The notes beneath the pieces were generated by a model that did no database searches, was not told the DNA's origin, and saw only the letters and a list, made by a program, of their open reading frames with translations. Shown one piece after another: positions 1 to 9,486 of a stretch of DNA of 64,000 bases (its first letter is position 1; each line of letters opens with the position of its first letter). Origin of the DNA: Nitrososphaerota archaeon (GTDB lineage Archaea; Thermoproteota; Nitrososphaeria_A; Caldarchaeales; Caldarchaeaceae). The stretch lies in the NCBI GenBank assembly GCA_041641305.1, contig JBEPYN010000001.1, forward strand, positions 96,001-160,000, in the 5' to 3' direction. A program made the position numbers and the translations under genes.

Positions 1-13
1 AGAGGGGTATGCT

Positions 14-670
14 GTGAAGACCGGAGCCATAATAATCATAGCCCTTCTTGTTTCAGGTCTTGTTCTCGGAACACTTCTATTAGCCGTTCCCGGAACACGT
101 GAAATCGTGTCGACTACAACCCGCATAATAACTTTGACCGAAACCTCCACAATAACCAAGTTCGCAACAGTCACGCGGCAAGGATATGGGCTGCCTACGC
201 CATTACTTGAAAAACTATCTTCGATGGTTCCCGATTATGACAGGGCTCAAGCATATCACATATATGTTCCTGGTGAACCGGGTGTATACAGTTACGGCTT
301 CGCAGTTTTTTGGCGATACGGGGAAAACCATACCCACTTGATTATTTTTCACGCTCTTGAGAACAAGACCATCATAATTGGTTTGAACAGCCTTATTCAA
401 ACAAGGTTCGCGGCTGCCAAAAACATACCCAACACGCCGGCGGCTTTCATTCCCCGAGCTGAGATGACTGAGACTGTTATAACGGATAGCGGGCAAACGC
501 TGACTAGGCGCTGGGAAATCATCCCCACATCTCCCGGCTACCCCAGCACACCGCAGGTTGAGAGAGCTGGTGACATGGTTTGGGTCATTCAATACCGGTT
601 ATTGGATGAGCGAGAGTATGGCGAAAGCCTCGTGGCTCGCTACTATTTCCTCGAAATTATAGTCCGTTAA
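14..670 (+). CDS. Hypothetical N-terminally membrane-anchored/secreted protein with Thr-rich linker
   Basis: GTG start after GAGGGG; hydrophobic N-terminus (IIIIALLVSGLVLGTLLLAV) then Thr-rich stretch. Confidence 0.7.
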   Translation: MKTGAIIIIALLVSGLVLGTLLLAVPGTREIVSTTTRIITLTETSTITKFATVTRQGYGLPTPLLEKLSSMVPDYDRAQAYHIYVPGEPGVYSYGFAVFWRYGENHTHLIIFHALENKTIIIGLNSLIQTRFAAAKNIPNTPAAFIPRAEMTETVITDSGQTLTRRWEIIPTSPGYPSTPQVERAGDMVWVIQYRLLDEREYGESLVARYYFLEIIVR

Positions 671-984
671 CGCCTCAGCCTCTTAAGTTCTGTGACGTCT
701 GTTGTTCTGTAAACCCTGTATACTTGGACTGTAAGCAGAAGGGCCAGTGCCACGACTGTCGCTCCTACACCGAGGGACATGATGATGAATGACTGGGCAT
801 AGGGGTCGACTACACCGTTTCCTGCTTTTGAGCTAAGCGCTACGAAGCTGAGGTGAGCAGCGTTGACCATGATCTCCAAACCGATTATCTGTTTGATTAG
901 GCTTTTCCTCGTCGCAAGACAGTAGGCGCCGATGATGAATAGGAAGGATGCGGCGAGCACATAGTATACCACATTTAGGGGCAT
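667..984 (-). CDS. nuoK: NADH-quinone oxidoreductase subunit K / MnhC-like membrane subunit
   Basis: 3 TM helices; IIGLEIMVNAAHL motif; ATG 984 fits the AGGAGG spacing better than 993. Confidence 0.8.
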   Translation of the reverse strand: MPLNVVYYVLAASFLFIIGAYCLATRKSLIKQIIGLEIMVNAAHLSFVALSSKAGNGVVDPYAQSFIIMSLGVGATVVALALLLTVQVYRVYRTTDVTELKRLRR

Positions 985-985
985 C

Positions 986-1246
986 TTATTCATCCCTCCT
1001 CAAAAGAGCCGACAAACCTATTACAAGCGTTAGCACGACGAGGCCAAAGGACACAAAGAGTGGGAAAAATCCGCCGAAGAGAATTGTGCTGATAGCTCGC
1101 CATTCTGCGTTAGGCTCGGCTGGGACTAGACGTTGTCCATCGTCTGCCCAGTATCTATAAGCAGGGGAAGGGCCTGCCAGCGCCGAGAAGACGACGAATG
1201 CGAGAAGTATGGCAGTTATTGCTCCAAGAACCTCTGCGAGCCTCAT
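986..1246 (-). CDS. NuoJ C-terminal half (J2-like)
   Basis: AISTILFGGFFPLFVSFGLVVLTLVIGLSALLR resembles the last NuoJ helix; lies between NuoJ-N and NuoK. Confidence 0.6.
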   Translation of the reverse strand: MRLAEVLGAITAILLAFVVFSALAGPSPAYRYWADDGQRLVPAEPNAEWRAISTILFGGFFPLFVSFGLVVLTLVIGLSALLRRDE

Positions 1247-1491
1247 TTCTCCACGCCCCTAGTTAAGAGAATGACGAAGATGAATAGCGCGATTATCCCT
1301 CCCGCATAAACAAGTAGCTGGAGAATTGCCACTGGGTATGCGCCGAGGACAAAGAATAGAACGCCGAGAGTAGCGGTGTAGCCGAGAAGAGATATCACAC
1401 TTCTCACCAGCCGACCCTGTTCAACTGCCGCGACCGCGAAAATAGCCGCAGCAACAAGTAAAACCATTTCAAGAAGCTCAGGGGAAATCAT
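1243..1491 (-). CDS. nuoJ: NuoJ N-terminal half (J1-like)
   Basis: LGAYPVAILQLLVYAGGIIALFIF matches the NuoJ TM3 signature Q-x-x-VYAG. Confidence 0.75.
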   Translation of the reverse strand: MISPELLEMVLLVAAAIFAVAAVEQGRLVRSVISLLGYTATLGVLFFVLGAYPVAILQLLVYAGGIIALFIFVILLTRGVEK

Positions 1492-1610
1492 TCATCTCAC
1501 CATGCGGCGCAACGCGCCCATGCTTCTGATTATAGAGAGGTATTATAAAGGTGTGTTGTCCGTTTGTGTATGGTTAATATTGTTGTCTTTGTTCACGGTT
1601 CTCGACGGGC

Positions 1611-3641
1611 TTGGGTCTCTCTAAGGTACTAGGTGTTGCGGTTATCGCTCCGAGGCATAGGTCCGAGGAGCTTGTCAGAGATTTGATGAGGTTTGAGGAT
1701 TTTCACCCCGTTGAAAAAACAAAGTACCGTGACCCACTTCTCCATGAAATCGAGTACAGAGCAGACCTCGGATACTCTACAGTACAAGCCCTCATCCTGG
1801 AACTCAACATAAAAGAGTCGGTTGGCATAATTGAGCAGCTTTCGAAACCCGTCGAAATAGAGGCCAAAAAATTCTCCGCGTCCGACCTATTATCACTGTT
1901 GGACAAGCTTGAGGCTGAGAGCAGGCCAGTGGTGGAGGCTGTTAACAAACTTCTCAACCGCAGAAAAGAGGCTCAGGAGAAGCTGAACCAAACAACAACT
2001 CTATTCAACTCGTTGAGGGCGTTAAAAGATCTTAACATCAGTTTAGACCAGTTCACAGGTCTAAGGTGGTTCCACATATTCATCACAACAGCATCCGCGT
2101 CCGAGCTATCCGAGCTTCGTAGGGCATTATCCAAATCGGCTGTCATCACACAACCTCTTGAAAACATCAACCTAGTGGTCATAGTTTCAAAGAGAAGCGA
2201 TGGGGAAGATGTCGAGAGAGTTGTGAAGGGTCTCGGTCTCAAGCCGTTGACAATCCCCAGCGGATATCCAAAAACTGTCTCAGAAGCTGTTGCACGCCTC
2301 GAAACAGAAGTTCAGTCGCTCAAAAAAGAGGTTGACGCTCTTGGCTCAGAGTTGACAGAGCTTCTCGAACGCGAAAGACTACGACTTATAGCTGCTAGAG
2401 ATGGATACCAACTGGTTAAAGATACGCTTTCCCGTATAGCTGGTGCCGGTGAGCTTAGGTCATTCGCCGTGGCGGAGGGATACATCCCAGCCGAGAAAAA
2501 AGACGAGTTCCTAAAAACCATAGGCTCGAAATACCACGTAGTGTTTAAAGAAGAACCGCATGGACATCACGAGGAGCAGCCTGTTTTACTTAGAAACTCA
2601 TCACCTGTTAAACCCTTTGAGAATGTCACGCTTATACAGGGTGCTCCAAAAAGCGGCGAAATAGACCCAACACCCTTTGTCTCCATATTCTTCACCATAT
2701 TTTATGGGCTGATGTTCGCGGACCTTGGACAGGGTCTTGTTATACTTGGGTTCGGGGCCTTCATGTACAAACGTGTCAGAGGAGCTTTGAGAGAGTGGGC
2801 CAAGCTTCTCATGTTCCTCGGAATCTCCGCGGCGATAATGGGTTTTCTATTGGGCGAAGCATTCGGCTTCAAGGTAGGCAAGCTCATCAGCTCCCCCGAG
2901 CTAATCCACCTGGTCGAGGAACATGGAGAGACCAAGCAGTTTAGCCTCGTCGAGGTGCAGAAAATGCTTGTCTTCACCATTTTCTTAGGCGTTGTCCACA
3001 TGGTTGTCGGCTACATTCTCTCGATAGTGAAGCTTGTTAAGGAGAAAGAGCTTGCAGAGGCTTTTACAGTTAAACTTCCAACGCTGCTGATGTATATCTT
3101 TGGAATATTCTTTGCACTGGCTTTCTTCGGCGCGGGCGGCAACATACAAGGAATCCTTTCAACCGAGTCCCCCGCCCCCTTGGTCAACCTTCCAACCAAC
3201 CTTGTGGGAGCCGTGGGCATCTATGGAGCAGTGGCATGCATAATTGTGTTGATGCTGGGGCGGTTCGTCGCCGGCTTGGCCGGATTAGGTCACAAAACAG
3301 GAATCGTCTCCTCGATTGGCATGGGCCTGCTCGAGGTTCTTGAAAACATCATACACTTTCTCTCAAACACCATCTCATACTCGCGAATTACAATACTGCT
3401 AATTGTACACGTCGCATTATTGCTTCTCCTTAACACAGCATGGGAGGCCCTCGGACCGGTATCGCTCCCGCTTCTAATAGTAGGAAACGCTGGCGTCATA
3501 GTTCTCGAGGGATTGCTTGTCTTCATACAGGCGATGAGGCTTCATGTATACGAGTTCTTCAGCAAGTTCTACGACGGCACCGGAACACCCTTCCGTAAAC
3601 TATCGCGTCAAACCATCTACGCCAAAATCAGTTTCGAGTAA
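1611..3641 (+). CDS. atpI: A/V-type ATP synthase subunit I (a)
   Basis: Soluble coiled N-half; EIDPTP, FYGLMFADLGQG, SNTISYSRI (essential Arg), QAMRLHVYEFFSKFY. Confidence 0.95.
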   Translation: MGLSKVLGVAVIAPRHRSEELVRDLMRFEDFHPVEKTKYRDPLLHEIEYRADLGYSTVQALILELNIKESVGIIEQLSKPVEIEAKKFSASDLLSLLDKLEAESRPVVEAVNKLLNRRKEAQEKLNQTTTLFNSLRALKDLNISLDQFTGLRWFHIFITTASASELSELRRALSKSAVITQPLENINLVVIVSKRSDGEDVERVVKGLGLKPLTIPSGYPKTVSEAVARLETEVQSLKKEVDALGSELTELLERERLRLIAARDGYQLVKDTLSRIAGAGELRSFAVAEGYIPAEKKDEFLKTIGSKYHVVFKEEPHGHHEEQPVLLRNSSPVKPFENVTLIQGAPKSGEIDPTPFVSIFFTIFYGLMFADLGQGLVILGFGAFMYKRVRGALREWAKLLMFLGISAAIMGFLLGEAFGFKVGKLISSPELIHLVEEHGETKQFSLVEVQKMLVFTIFLGVVHMVVGYILSIVKLVKEKELAEAFTVKLPTLLMYIFGIFFALAFFGAGGNIQGILSTESPAPLVNLPTNLVGAVGIYGAVACIIVLMLGRFVAGLAGLGHKTGIVSSIGMGLLEVLENIIHFLSNTISYSRITILLIVHVALLLLLNTAWEALGPVSLPLLIVGNAGVIVLEGLLVFIQAMRLHVYEFFSKFYDGTGTPFRKLSRQTIYAKISFE

Positions 3642-4166
3642 GCCGCGACGGCTGACAACAACCTTCCCCTTGGCAGATGGAATAACTGAAAAGACTGCGT
3701 CTGGATACACCTTGTCCATCTCCGCTCCCTGAAAGAGCCAGTCCAAAAAAACAGCAAGAGCCGCAGCCTCACTGTGAGGCTGATTTGTTACCGCGACATT
3801 GTAGTCAGCTATTTGAAACACTTCGCCCTCGACTTTTTCGCCACCTACTATAATCAACAAGTCATTATCTTTTATGACGGCTCTTATCTCATCAATTACT
3901 GTTTTGAGGGGAAGCCCATACATAGTGAGATGGACGATTTTTCCCGACCAGGTTTTCACGAACGCCTTCCATGATGAAGTGTATTCGATTTCGAAGCTGC
4001 CACCCCATTTCTCGACAACTTTGTTCACAGAGTCTTCGAGCTTCAGGTCGTAGTCGCCAGTGTAGAATAGGTTGTCGGCGCCGAAAGCCCTGGCCACTAG
4101 AGCTACGTGTGTCGACAGTCTCTTGTCCCGCTGTGTCCTATGCCCAAGGCGCAGTACCGTAATCAA
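3600..4166 (-). CDS. trm56: tRNA (cytidine(56)-2'-O)-methyltransferase (SPOUT)
   Basis: LRLGHRxxRDKRLSTHVALVARAFGA, VHLTMYG, VGGEKV, NQPHSE. Confidence 0.95.
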   Translation of the reverse strand: MITVLRLGHRTQRDKRLSTHVALVARAFGADNLFYTGDYDLKLEDSVNKVVEKWGGSFEIEYTSSWKAFVKTWSGKIVHLTMYGLPLKTVIDEIRAVIKDNDLLIIVGGEKVEGEVFQIADYNVAVTNQPHSEAAALAVFLDWLFQGAEMDKVYPDAVFSVIPSAKGKVVVSRRGLLETDFGVDGLTR

Positions 4167-4666
4167 GCCAGCTTTTCAAGCTCTGCAATCTTGTTTCGAA
4201 GGCTTTCGATAAAGGCCGTGTTTTCGTATATTGTCAAAGGTTTTCCACAAGTTTTGCATCTAAACAACAACTCCATGGCTGTGTCGAAACCGTATTTTCC
4301 GCATCCGGGCGAGCCGCACCAATACATCTGGTTGTTTGACTCGTATTCAAGCCGGGCCTTCAGCCTCTCGAGGACTTTTCTTATCAAGGTTTTCGCATAT
4401 CCGACGAGCTGCTCCTGCTGGACCCGCCACCTGAAAACTCTATGTCCAGTTTCTTTTTCTCTATGAACTTCGTATGAAACCGCTCCTACTTCGTTGAGCC
4501 TATGCAAAACTCTTCTAACCTCCTTAATGTCCAGCGACGTCGCCGATGAAATATCCTCATCCGTTAAACCCGGCTTCTCCAGAAGAAGCCCAACAATTTT
4601 CACAGCCTCCTCTCCCGCGATCATGCCCACAATTTTCAAGCTCGAATCCTTATCAACAACCACCAT
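4163..4666 (-). CDS. tfe: Transcription factor E (TFIIE-alpha homolog)
   Basis: N-terminal wHTH (TDEDIS...EVRRVLHRL); Zn ribbon YWCGSPGC...FRCKTCGKPL. Confidence 0.92.
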   Translation of the reverse strand: MVVVDKDSSLKIVGMIAGEEAVKIVGLLLEKPGLTDEDISSATSLDIKEVRRVLHRLNEVGAVSYEVHREKETGHRVFRWRVQQEQLVGYAKTLIRKVLERLKARLEYESNNQMYWCGSPGCGKYGFDTAMELLFRCKTCGKPLTIYENTAFIESLRNKIAELEKLA

Positions 4667-4754
4667 CAAGCGAAACTACCCACCCAATAATATGGCCCGA
4701 CGATATTTTTGCTTTACCCTCATCCTTGGCAGAACTACCATATTGCGAAGAGCA

Positions 4755-4829
4755 CGGGCCCGGCGGGATTTGAACCCGCGGCCCCCGGGTTAAAAGCCCG
4801 GTGCTCTGTCCTGGCTGAGCTACGGGCCC
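4755..4829 (-). tRNA. tRNA-Lys (TTT), intronless, CCA not encoded
   Basis: Reverse complement folds: acceptor GGGCCCG/CGGGCCC, anticodon arm CCGGG-CTTTTAA-CCCGG, T-loop TTCAAAT. Confidence 0.97.
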
Positions 4830-4908
4830 AAGGTGTTTGTGGATTGTTTGCTATTTAAGGGGTTTGCGGCTGTTCATGTTTTTATCAGTCGCTTGGTTTT
4901 GGTTTGGT

Positions 4909-6009
4909 ATGGTCCTTCTGAAAAGTTCTTTGAGGAATTTTGTTCCCTACTCTTGGGAGGCTTCTAGCGAGGAGATTGCGAGGAAATATGGTCTGAAGGT
5001 TGGGCAGATTGTGAGAATGGATTTGAATACCTCGCCTTATCAACCTCGTCGATGGCTGCGCAGCCTTGCCGCCAAGTTACCCGACATGCCAGTAAACCTT
5101 TACCCAGACACGAGTTACAGCAGATTCCGTGAAAAAGTTTCAGCATACACTGGTTTGAACTCGGATATGGTGCTAGTGGGAAACGGAGGAGACGAATGCA
5201 TAATGATAGCTTGTCAAGCATTTCTCGAGAAAGGGCTAAACGCTGTGATAAGCAGCCCCACCTACTCCTATTTCCGCATCGCGGCTGAAATAAACTCGGC
5301 AGAGGTTCGTCTAGTTAAGAGGAAACCCGACGGGTCAGACGACGTTGACAATATCCTCCAGGCGATGGACAAAAACACAGGAGCAATATTTCTATGCAGC
5401 CCAAATAACCCAACAGGTGTCACTACCCCAATCCAAGAGATCCGAAAAATAGCCGCAGAGGCCTCATGTCCAGTTATAGTTGATGAAGCATATTATGAAT
5501 ACTGCGGCAAGACAGCCGCCTCTCTTCTGAACAGCTATTCCAACATCGTAGTGGTCAGGACACTTTCCAAGGCTTTTTCGCTGGCTGGTGCAAGAGTTGG
5601 CTACGCTCTAGCAGCCGAGGAAACAATCAATATTCTCAACAAGGTTAGGCCGCCGAACAGCCTAAGTATAATCTCTCTCGCCTTGGCTGAAAAAGCGCTG
5701 TCGCAACATGATCAAGTGAGGAAGTGGGTTCAGGCCACTGTGGAGGAGCGACAGAAACTCGCATCCAATCTAAGAAGTATCCCAGGAGTGGTTGTTAGAG
5801 AATCTGAAGCAAACTTTCTACTTCTAACCTTCAAAAACCATGACGCGGCCAAAATTCATCAGAAGCTTATAGAGAGAGGCTTCGTCACAAGACACCTCGG
5901 AAACATTCTACCCAACACATTACGGGTTACAGTTGCCAGCGCCACAGCAAACAAGAAATTCATCAAAACATTCCGAAGCATTGTTGAAGGGACTGAACAT
6001 GCAGTTTAG
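4909..6009 (+). CDS. hisC: Histidinol-phosphate aminotransferase (PLP class I/II)
   Basis: GNGGDE, FLCSPNNPTG, VDEAYYEY, RTLSKAFSLAGARVGY; ATG 4909 more likely than 4837. Confidence 0.88.
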   Translation: MVLLKSSLRNFVPYSWEASSEEIARKYGLKVGQIVRMDLNTSPYQPRRWLRSLAAKLPDMPVNLYPDTSYSRFREKVSAYTGLNSDMVLVGNGGDECIMIACQAFLEKGLNAVISSPTYSYFRIAAEINSAEVRLVKRKPDGSDDVDNILQAMDKNTGAIFLCSPNNPTGVTTPIQEIRKIAAEASCPVIVDEAYYEYCGKTAASLLNSYSNIVVVRTLSKAFSLAGARVGYALAAEETINILNKVRPPNSLSIISLALAEKALSQHDQVRKWVQATVEERQKLASNLRSIPGVVVRESEANFLLLTFKNHDAAKIHQKLIERGFVTRHLGNILPNTLRVTVASATANKKFIKTFRSIVEGTEHAV

Positions 6010-6082
6010 CCCTGGGAGGGCTTTGAACCCTCGACCTGCCGCTTACAAGGCGGCCGCTCTAACCGGGCTGAGCTACCAGGGC
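6008..6082 (-). tRNA. tRNA-Thr (TGT), intronless, CCA not encoded
   Basis: Acceptor GCCCTGG/CCAGGGC with T73; anticodon arm GCCGC-CTTGTAA-GCGGC; T arm GAGGG-TTCAAAG-CCCTC. Confidence 0.96.
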
Positions 6083-6117
6083 TCAGAAACACTGTAGGAA
6101 TCGCGTGTTTTTATCTT

Positions 6118-6402
6118 TTAGACCGCTTTCTTCTTAACAATTTTCACCATGCTCCCCTGTCCAAGACCCGACGGCCCTCCCTGTGAGATAGCCTCCTCTG
6201 AAAACCTGACGCGGAGAGTATCGTCCTCGTGGAGGTCTGTCACCACACCCCGCCATATCTCGCCTTTGAAGTCTTCGTAGAGTACCTCGCAGCCAACCAT
6301 TGTTTCCAGCTCTTTTCTATCCAATGGTGAAGTAGTCGAGACAATGCAGTCGTCTCCGTCGAAAGCCACCACTATCGCGCTAACATCCTCTTCCTCGCTC
6401 AA
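6118..6402 (-). CDS. Small acidic beta-barrel protein, L35Ae-like
   Basis: Pattern MVGCEVLY...GEIWRGVVTDLH...LRVRF...GQGSMVKIV parallels archaeal L35Ae; upstream TATA-like ATATATAAA. Confidence 0.6.
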   Translation of the reverse strand: MSEEEDVSAIVVAFDGDDCIVSTTSPLDRKELETMVGCEVLYEDFKGEIWRGVVTDLHEDDTLRVRFSEEAISQGGPSGLGQGSMVKIVKKKAV

Positions 6403-6479
6403 CGTTCCAGGATTTGCTGAGGCTGTTTATATATTGTTGTTCACCAAAACTTATTAGTTGATGAGCCCTCAGTGACTAT

Positions 6480-6887
6480 ATGCCGGTTGATGATGAACTC
6501 GAGAAAATAAAGATGCGTAAAATGATGGAGATGTTGTCGGCCTCTGGGAAAACCAGTTCTCCTGTTATATCTGAACCTGTTGAGTTGACTGACCAAAGCT
6601 TCGACGATTTTGTGAAGAATCATGATTTTGTGGTGGTTGATTTCTGGGCTGAATGGTGTGCTCCATGCAGAGCCATTGCTCCTGTTGTGAAGGAGCTTGC
6701 TAAACAGTACGCTGGTCGGGTTCTTTTCGGTAAGCTTAACGTAGACGAGAATCCACGCACAGCGTCTGCTTTCGGCATAATGGGTATTCCGACGCTGCTT
6801 TTCTTCAAACACGGCCGGGTCATTGATATGGTTGTGGGAGCTGTGCCCAAACGTGTGCTAGAATCGCGGATTAACCAGTATCTTTAG
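6480..6887 (+). CDS. trxA: Thioredoxin
   Basis: VVDFWAEWCAPCR; GIPTLL cis-Pro loop. Confidence 0.95.
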   Translation: MPVDDELEKIKMRKMMEMLSASGKTSSPVISEPVELTDQSFDDFVKNHDFVVVDFWAEWCAPCRAIAPVVKELAKQYAGRVLFGKLNVDENPRTASAFGIMGIPTLLFFKHGRVIDMVVGAVPKRVLESRINQYL

Positions 6888-6928
6888 AGGCAAAAAGGTA
6901 AAAATTCCTCGAGAATAGGAGTTGGTGG

Positions 6929-7867
6929 ATGGCCGCTTCGCTACAAGAGCCGGAAACAATGGAGCTTGTGGAGATATTAAGGCATGACATAGAAACAAGA
7001 TTACGGGAAAGAATAGAGGGAAGACCTGACAGGCTGCTGATTGAACGTGCTGTCCGGGGCGGTAAAAGACTCAGGCCAATCCTTCTTTTGACAGTTTTCA
7101 AAGCCCTCGGAGGCTCCGACTACAACAAGGCCCTCGACGTAGCTGTAGCCCTCGAGCTCGCACATAGCGCAAGTCTTGTCCACGACGACATCGTTGACCT
7201 CGACAAGACTAGGCGGGGAAGGGCGAGTCTATGGTACCAGATAGGTGCTGGGAAAGCAATCATCCAAGGACATCGGATTATCAACCTTGCTTTCAACATT
7301 GTTCTTGACATTGGTGAGGAGATGACTAGGATATTTGTTGAGGCTTGGGACAGGGCCTCGAAGGGCATTCTCGATGAGGTGGTTAACAAGGCTGCTTTGA
7401 CCGAGCGACTCTACCTGCTCATGATAAGGGAAAAAACTGCGTCGTTGTTTGAGGCTGCTGCGCATGCGGGAGCCGTTTTGGCGAGTGCATCATCCGACAC
7501 GATCCAACTTATGAGAAGATACGGCTCCGAAGTCGGAACAGTTTACCAGCTTGCCGACGACCTCACCGAGAACATAAACAGGAAACAATTAGGCCGAATA
7601 TATTTCCTAACACATGAGATGAGAGAGCGTCTAATCCATCTTCTTGTAGCCTCTAAAACAAAACAGGTCAGGATGTTATTCAGAGCAGTAACACCCTACA
7701 CACCGCAGGAGGAGTTTATGAAAAGACAAATCGTTGAAAGAATCCGCTCAGCGGTGAACCTGGCCACCGACGATAGGATACCTGAAAATCCTTACAAGGG
7801 TCTCTTAAGGAAATTGCCTTGGATGTTCGTTAAACAAATGCTGAGGGAGAGTAGTAAAAGGGTTTAA
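6929..7867 (+). CDS. Trans-polyprenyl diphosphate synthase (probably long-chain)
   Basis: GGKRLRP, first Asp-rich motif ASLVHDDIVD..RRG, KTASLF, YQLADD. Confidence 0.88.
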   Translation: MAASLQEPETMELVEILRHDIETRLRERIEGRPDRLLIERAVRGGKRLRPILLLTVFKALGGSDYNKALDVAVALELAHSASLVHDDIVDLDKTRRGRASLWYQIGAGKAIIQGHRIINLAFNIVLDIGEEMTRIFVEAWDRASKGILDEVVNKAALTERLYLLMIREKTASLFEAAAHAGAVLASASSDTIQLMRRYGSEVGTVYQLADDLTENINRKQLGRIYFLTHEMRERLIHLLVASKTKQVRMLFRAVTPYTPQEEFMKRQIVERIRSAVNLATDDRIPENPYKGLLRKLPWMFVKQMLRESSKRV

Positions 7868-7894
7868 ACGTTCGGGTATTTTTGACACCGTGGC

Positions 7895-9448
7895 ATGGAT
7901 GTTTTAGCCACGGTATCTGTCAGCGTTTTGGCGGTACTTGTCTCCTTCCTTAGAATGGCCGCTGCATTAGCTGTCTCGGTTCTGTTTTCGATTGTGGTTG
8001 GGATAGCCGCTGGCACAAACAAAACCTTTGAAAAAGTGGCTGTGCCCGTGCTGGATATTCTCCAGTCTATCCCTATCCTAGGGTTCTTCCCTATCGCTAT
8101 CCAGATTTTCTACGCTGCATCACCCGTTTTTGGTGCAGAGCTGGCCGCAATATTTCTTATTTTCACGAGCCAAGTTTGGAACATCACGTTTGCCGTGTAC
8201 GAGTCGACTAGGTTTATCCAGCCCGAGCTTCTCGATGTGGCGAATTCTATGAAGATGAGTTCTTTTGACAGGTTTAGACACATCTACCTACCGGCGAGTT
8301 TACCCCGAATTGTGAGAAACTTTCAACCCTCTTGGGCTAACGGGATGTTCTTCATAGTCGGGGCAGAGATACTTGCCTTCGGTGATATAAAGCTTAAGCT
8401 TTTCGGAGTAGGGACGCTGGTCTCAGAATATGCCGTAGCAGGTGATCTACTGGGAATCACCACAGTTCTCATAGTTCTTGTAGCTGCGACGGTCATGGTC
8501 AACGTTGTCGTCTTCATACCCCTTGGCAACATGTTTGAGACGGCGGGACCGCCGCCATCGGGGATCTTGAGACGCTTAACATTCGTCAAGAAACTCGTCA
8601 AACCTGTTCAAACATCTCTTTCAGCGCCAATGAGTAGCTTCTTTGAATATCAACGGTCAGTCGCTGGGCTTGTTAAAAAAGTATCTATACTAGGGTCTTT
8701 GGGACGCAACCTTGTTTTCCTTGCATTGACGGGATTTTTGGCGACAATTGCCATAACGCGGGGAAATGAAGTTTTTGGAAACCTCTATCAAGCATTTGGC
8801 AGGATAGGTGTGGAAACTCTTCTCAGTTCCACATTTTTTTCCTTTCTCAGGGTGATGGCGGCTGTAGGGTTCTCGGTGGCGTGGAGCGTTCCAGCCGCTG
8901 TAGCGATTGCGCGCAGACCTCAGCTGTCAAACGCGGTTACCACGGTTTTCCAAGTGATAGCGTCTGTCCCGGTGACAATAGTGTATCCGCTCTTTGCCGA
9001 GACGCTTAAAGACCAGCCAGAGCTGAGAGCTTTTATGATGATTCTCGCGGCCACGCAGTGGTATGTGTTTTTCCAGATTTTGGCGGGTCTGAAAAACATT
9101 CCAAGGTCAGAGCTTGAAGTGTCTGACCTTTTACAGCTGAAGCTGTGGACTAGGATTAGGACGGTGTATTTGCCGAGGGCGCTGCCCGCACTAATAACGG
9201 GGTGTATAACAGCTGCTGGGGGAGCATGGAACGGTCTGGTGGTTGCGGAGCGTCTCGTCCTCGGGGACTTGGTGGCGGAAACAAACCTGCCAGGACTGGG
9301 CAAGCTCCTTTCACAACTTACCTACGCAGGAGACTTGCTGGGCAGCGTAACCGTCCTCATCATCATGTCCTCAATCGTCGTGTTGATGAACCGTTTGTTC
9401 TGGAAAAGGCTCTACGACCTGATTGCTTCTAAGCTTAAAATTGAGTAA
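7895..9448 (+). CDS. ABC transporter permease (NitT/TauT type, duplicated TM domain)
   Basis: LDILQSIPILGFFP, FTSQVWN, two permease repeats, GGAWN. Confidence 0.9.
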   Translation: MDVLATVSVSVLAVLVSFLRMAAALAVSVLFSIVVGIAAGTNKTFEKVAVPVLDILQSIPILGFFPIAIQIFYAASPVFGAELAAIFLIFTSQVWNITFAVYESTRFIQPELLDVANSMKMSSFDRFRHIYLPASLPRIVRNFQPSWANGMFFIVGAEILAFGDIKLKLFGVGTLVSEYAVAGDLLGITTVLIVLVAATVMVNVVVFIPLGNMFETAGPPPSGILRRLTFVKKLVKPVQTSLSAPMSSFFEYQRSVAGLVKKVSILGSLGRNLVFLALTGFLATIAITRGNEVFGNLYQAFGRIGVETLLSSTFFSFLRVMAAVGFSVAWSVPAAVAIARRPQLSNAVTTVFQVIASVPVTIVYPLFAETLKDQPELRAFMMILAATQWYVFFQILAGLKNIPRSELEVSDLLQLKLWTRIRTVYLPRALPALITGCITAAGGAWNGLVVAERLVLGDLVAETNLPGLGKLLSQLTYAGDLLGSVTVLIIMSSIVVLMNRLFWKRLYDLIASKLKIE

Positions 9449-9486
9449 CATTGCTTAACGCTTCAAGAAAAAGCGGGCGATTTAGC

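Noticed and set aside
4755-6082. tRNA-flanked hisC as an integrated element
   Set aside because: No integrase, no duplicated tRNA 3' end, and housekeeping content.
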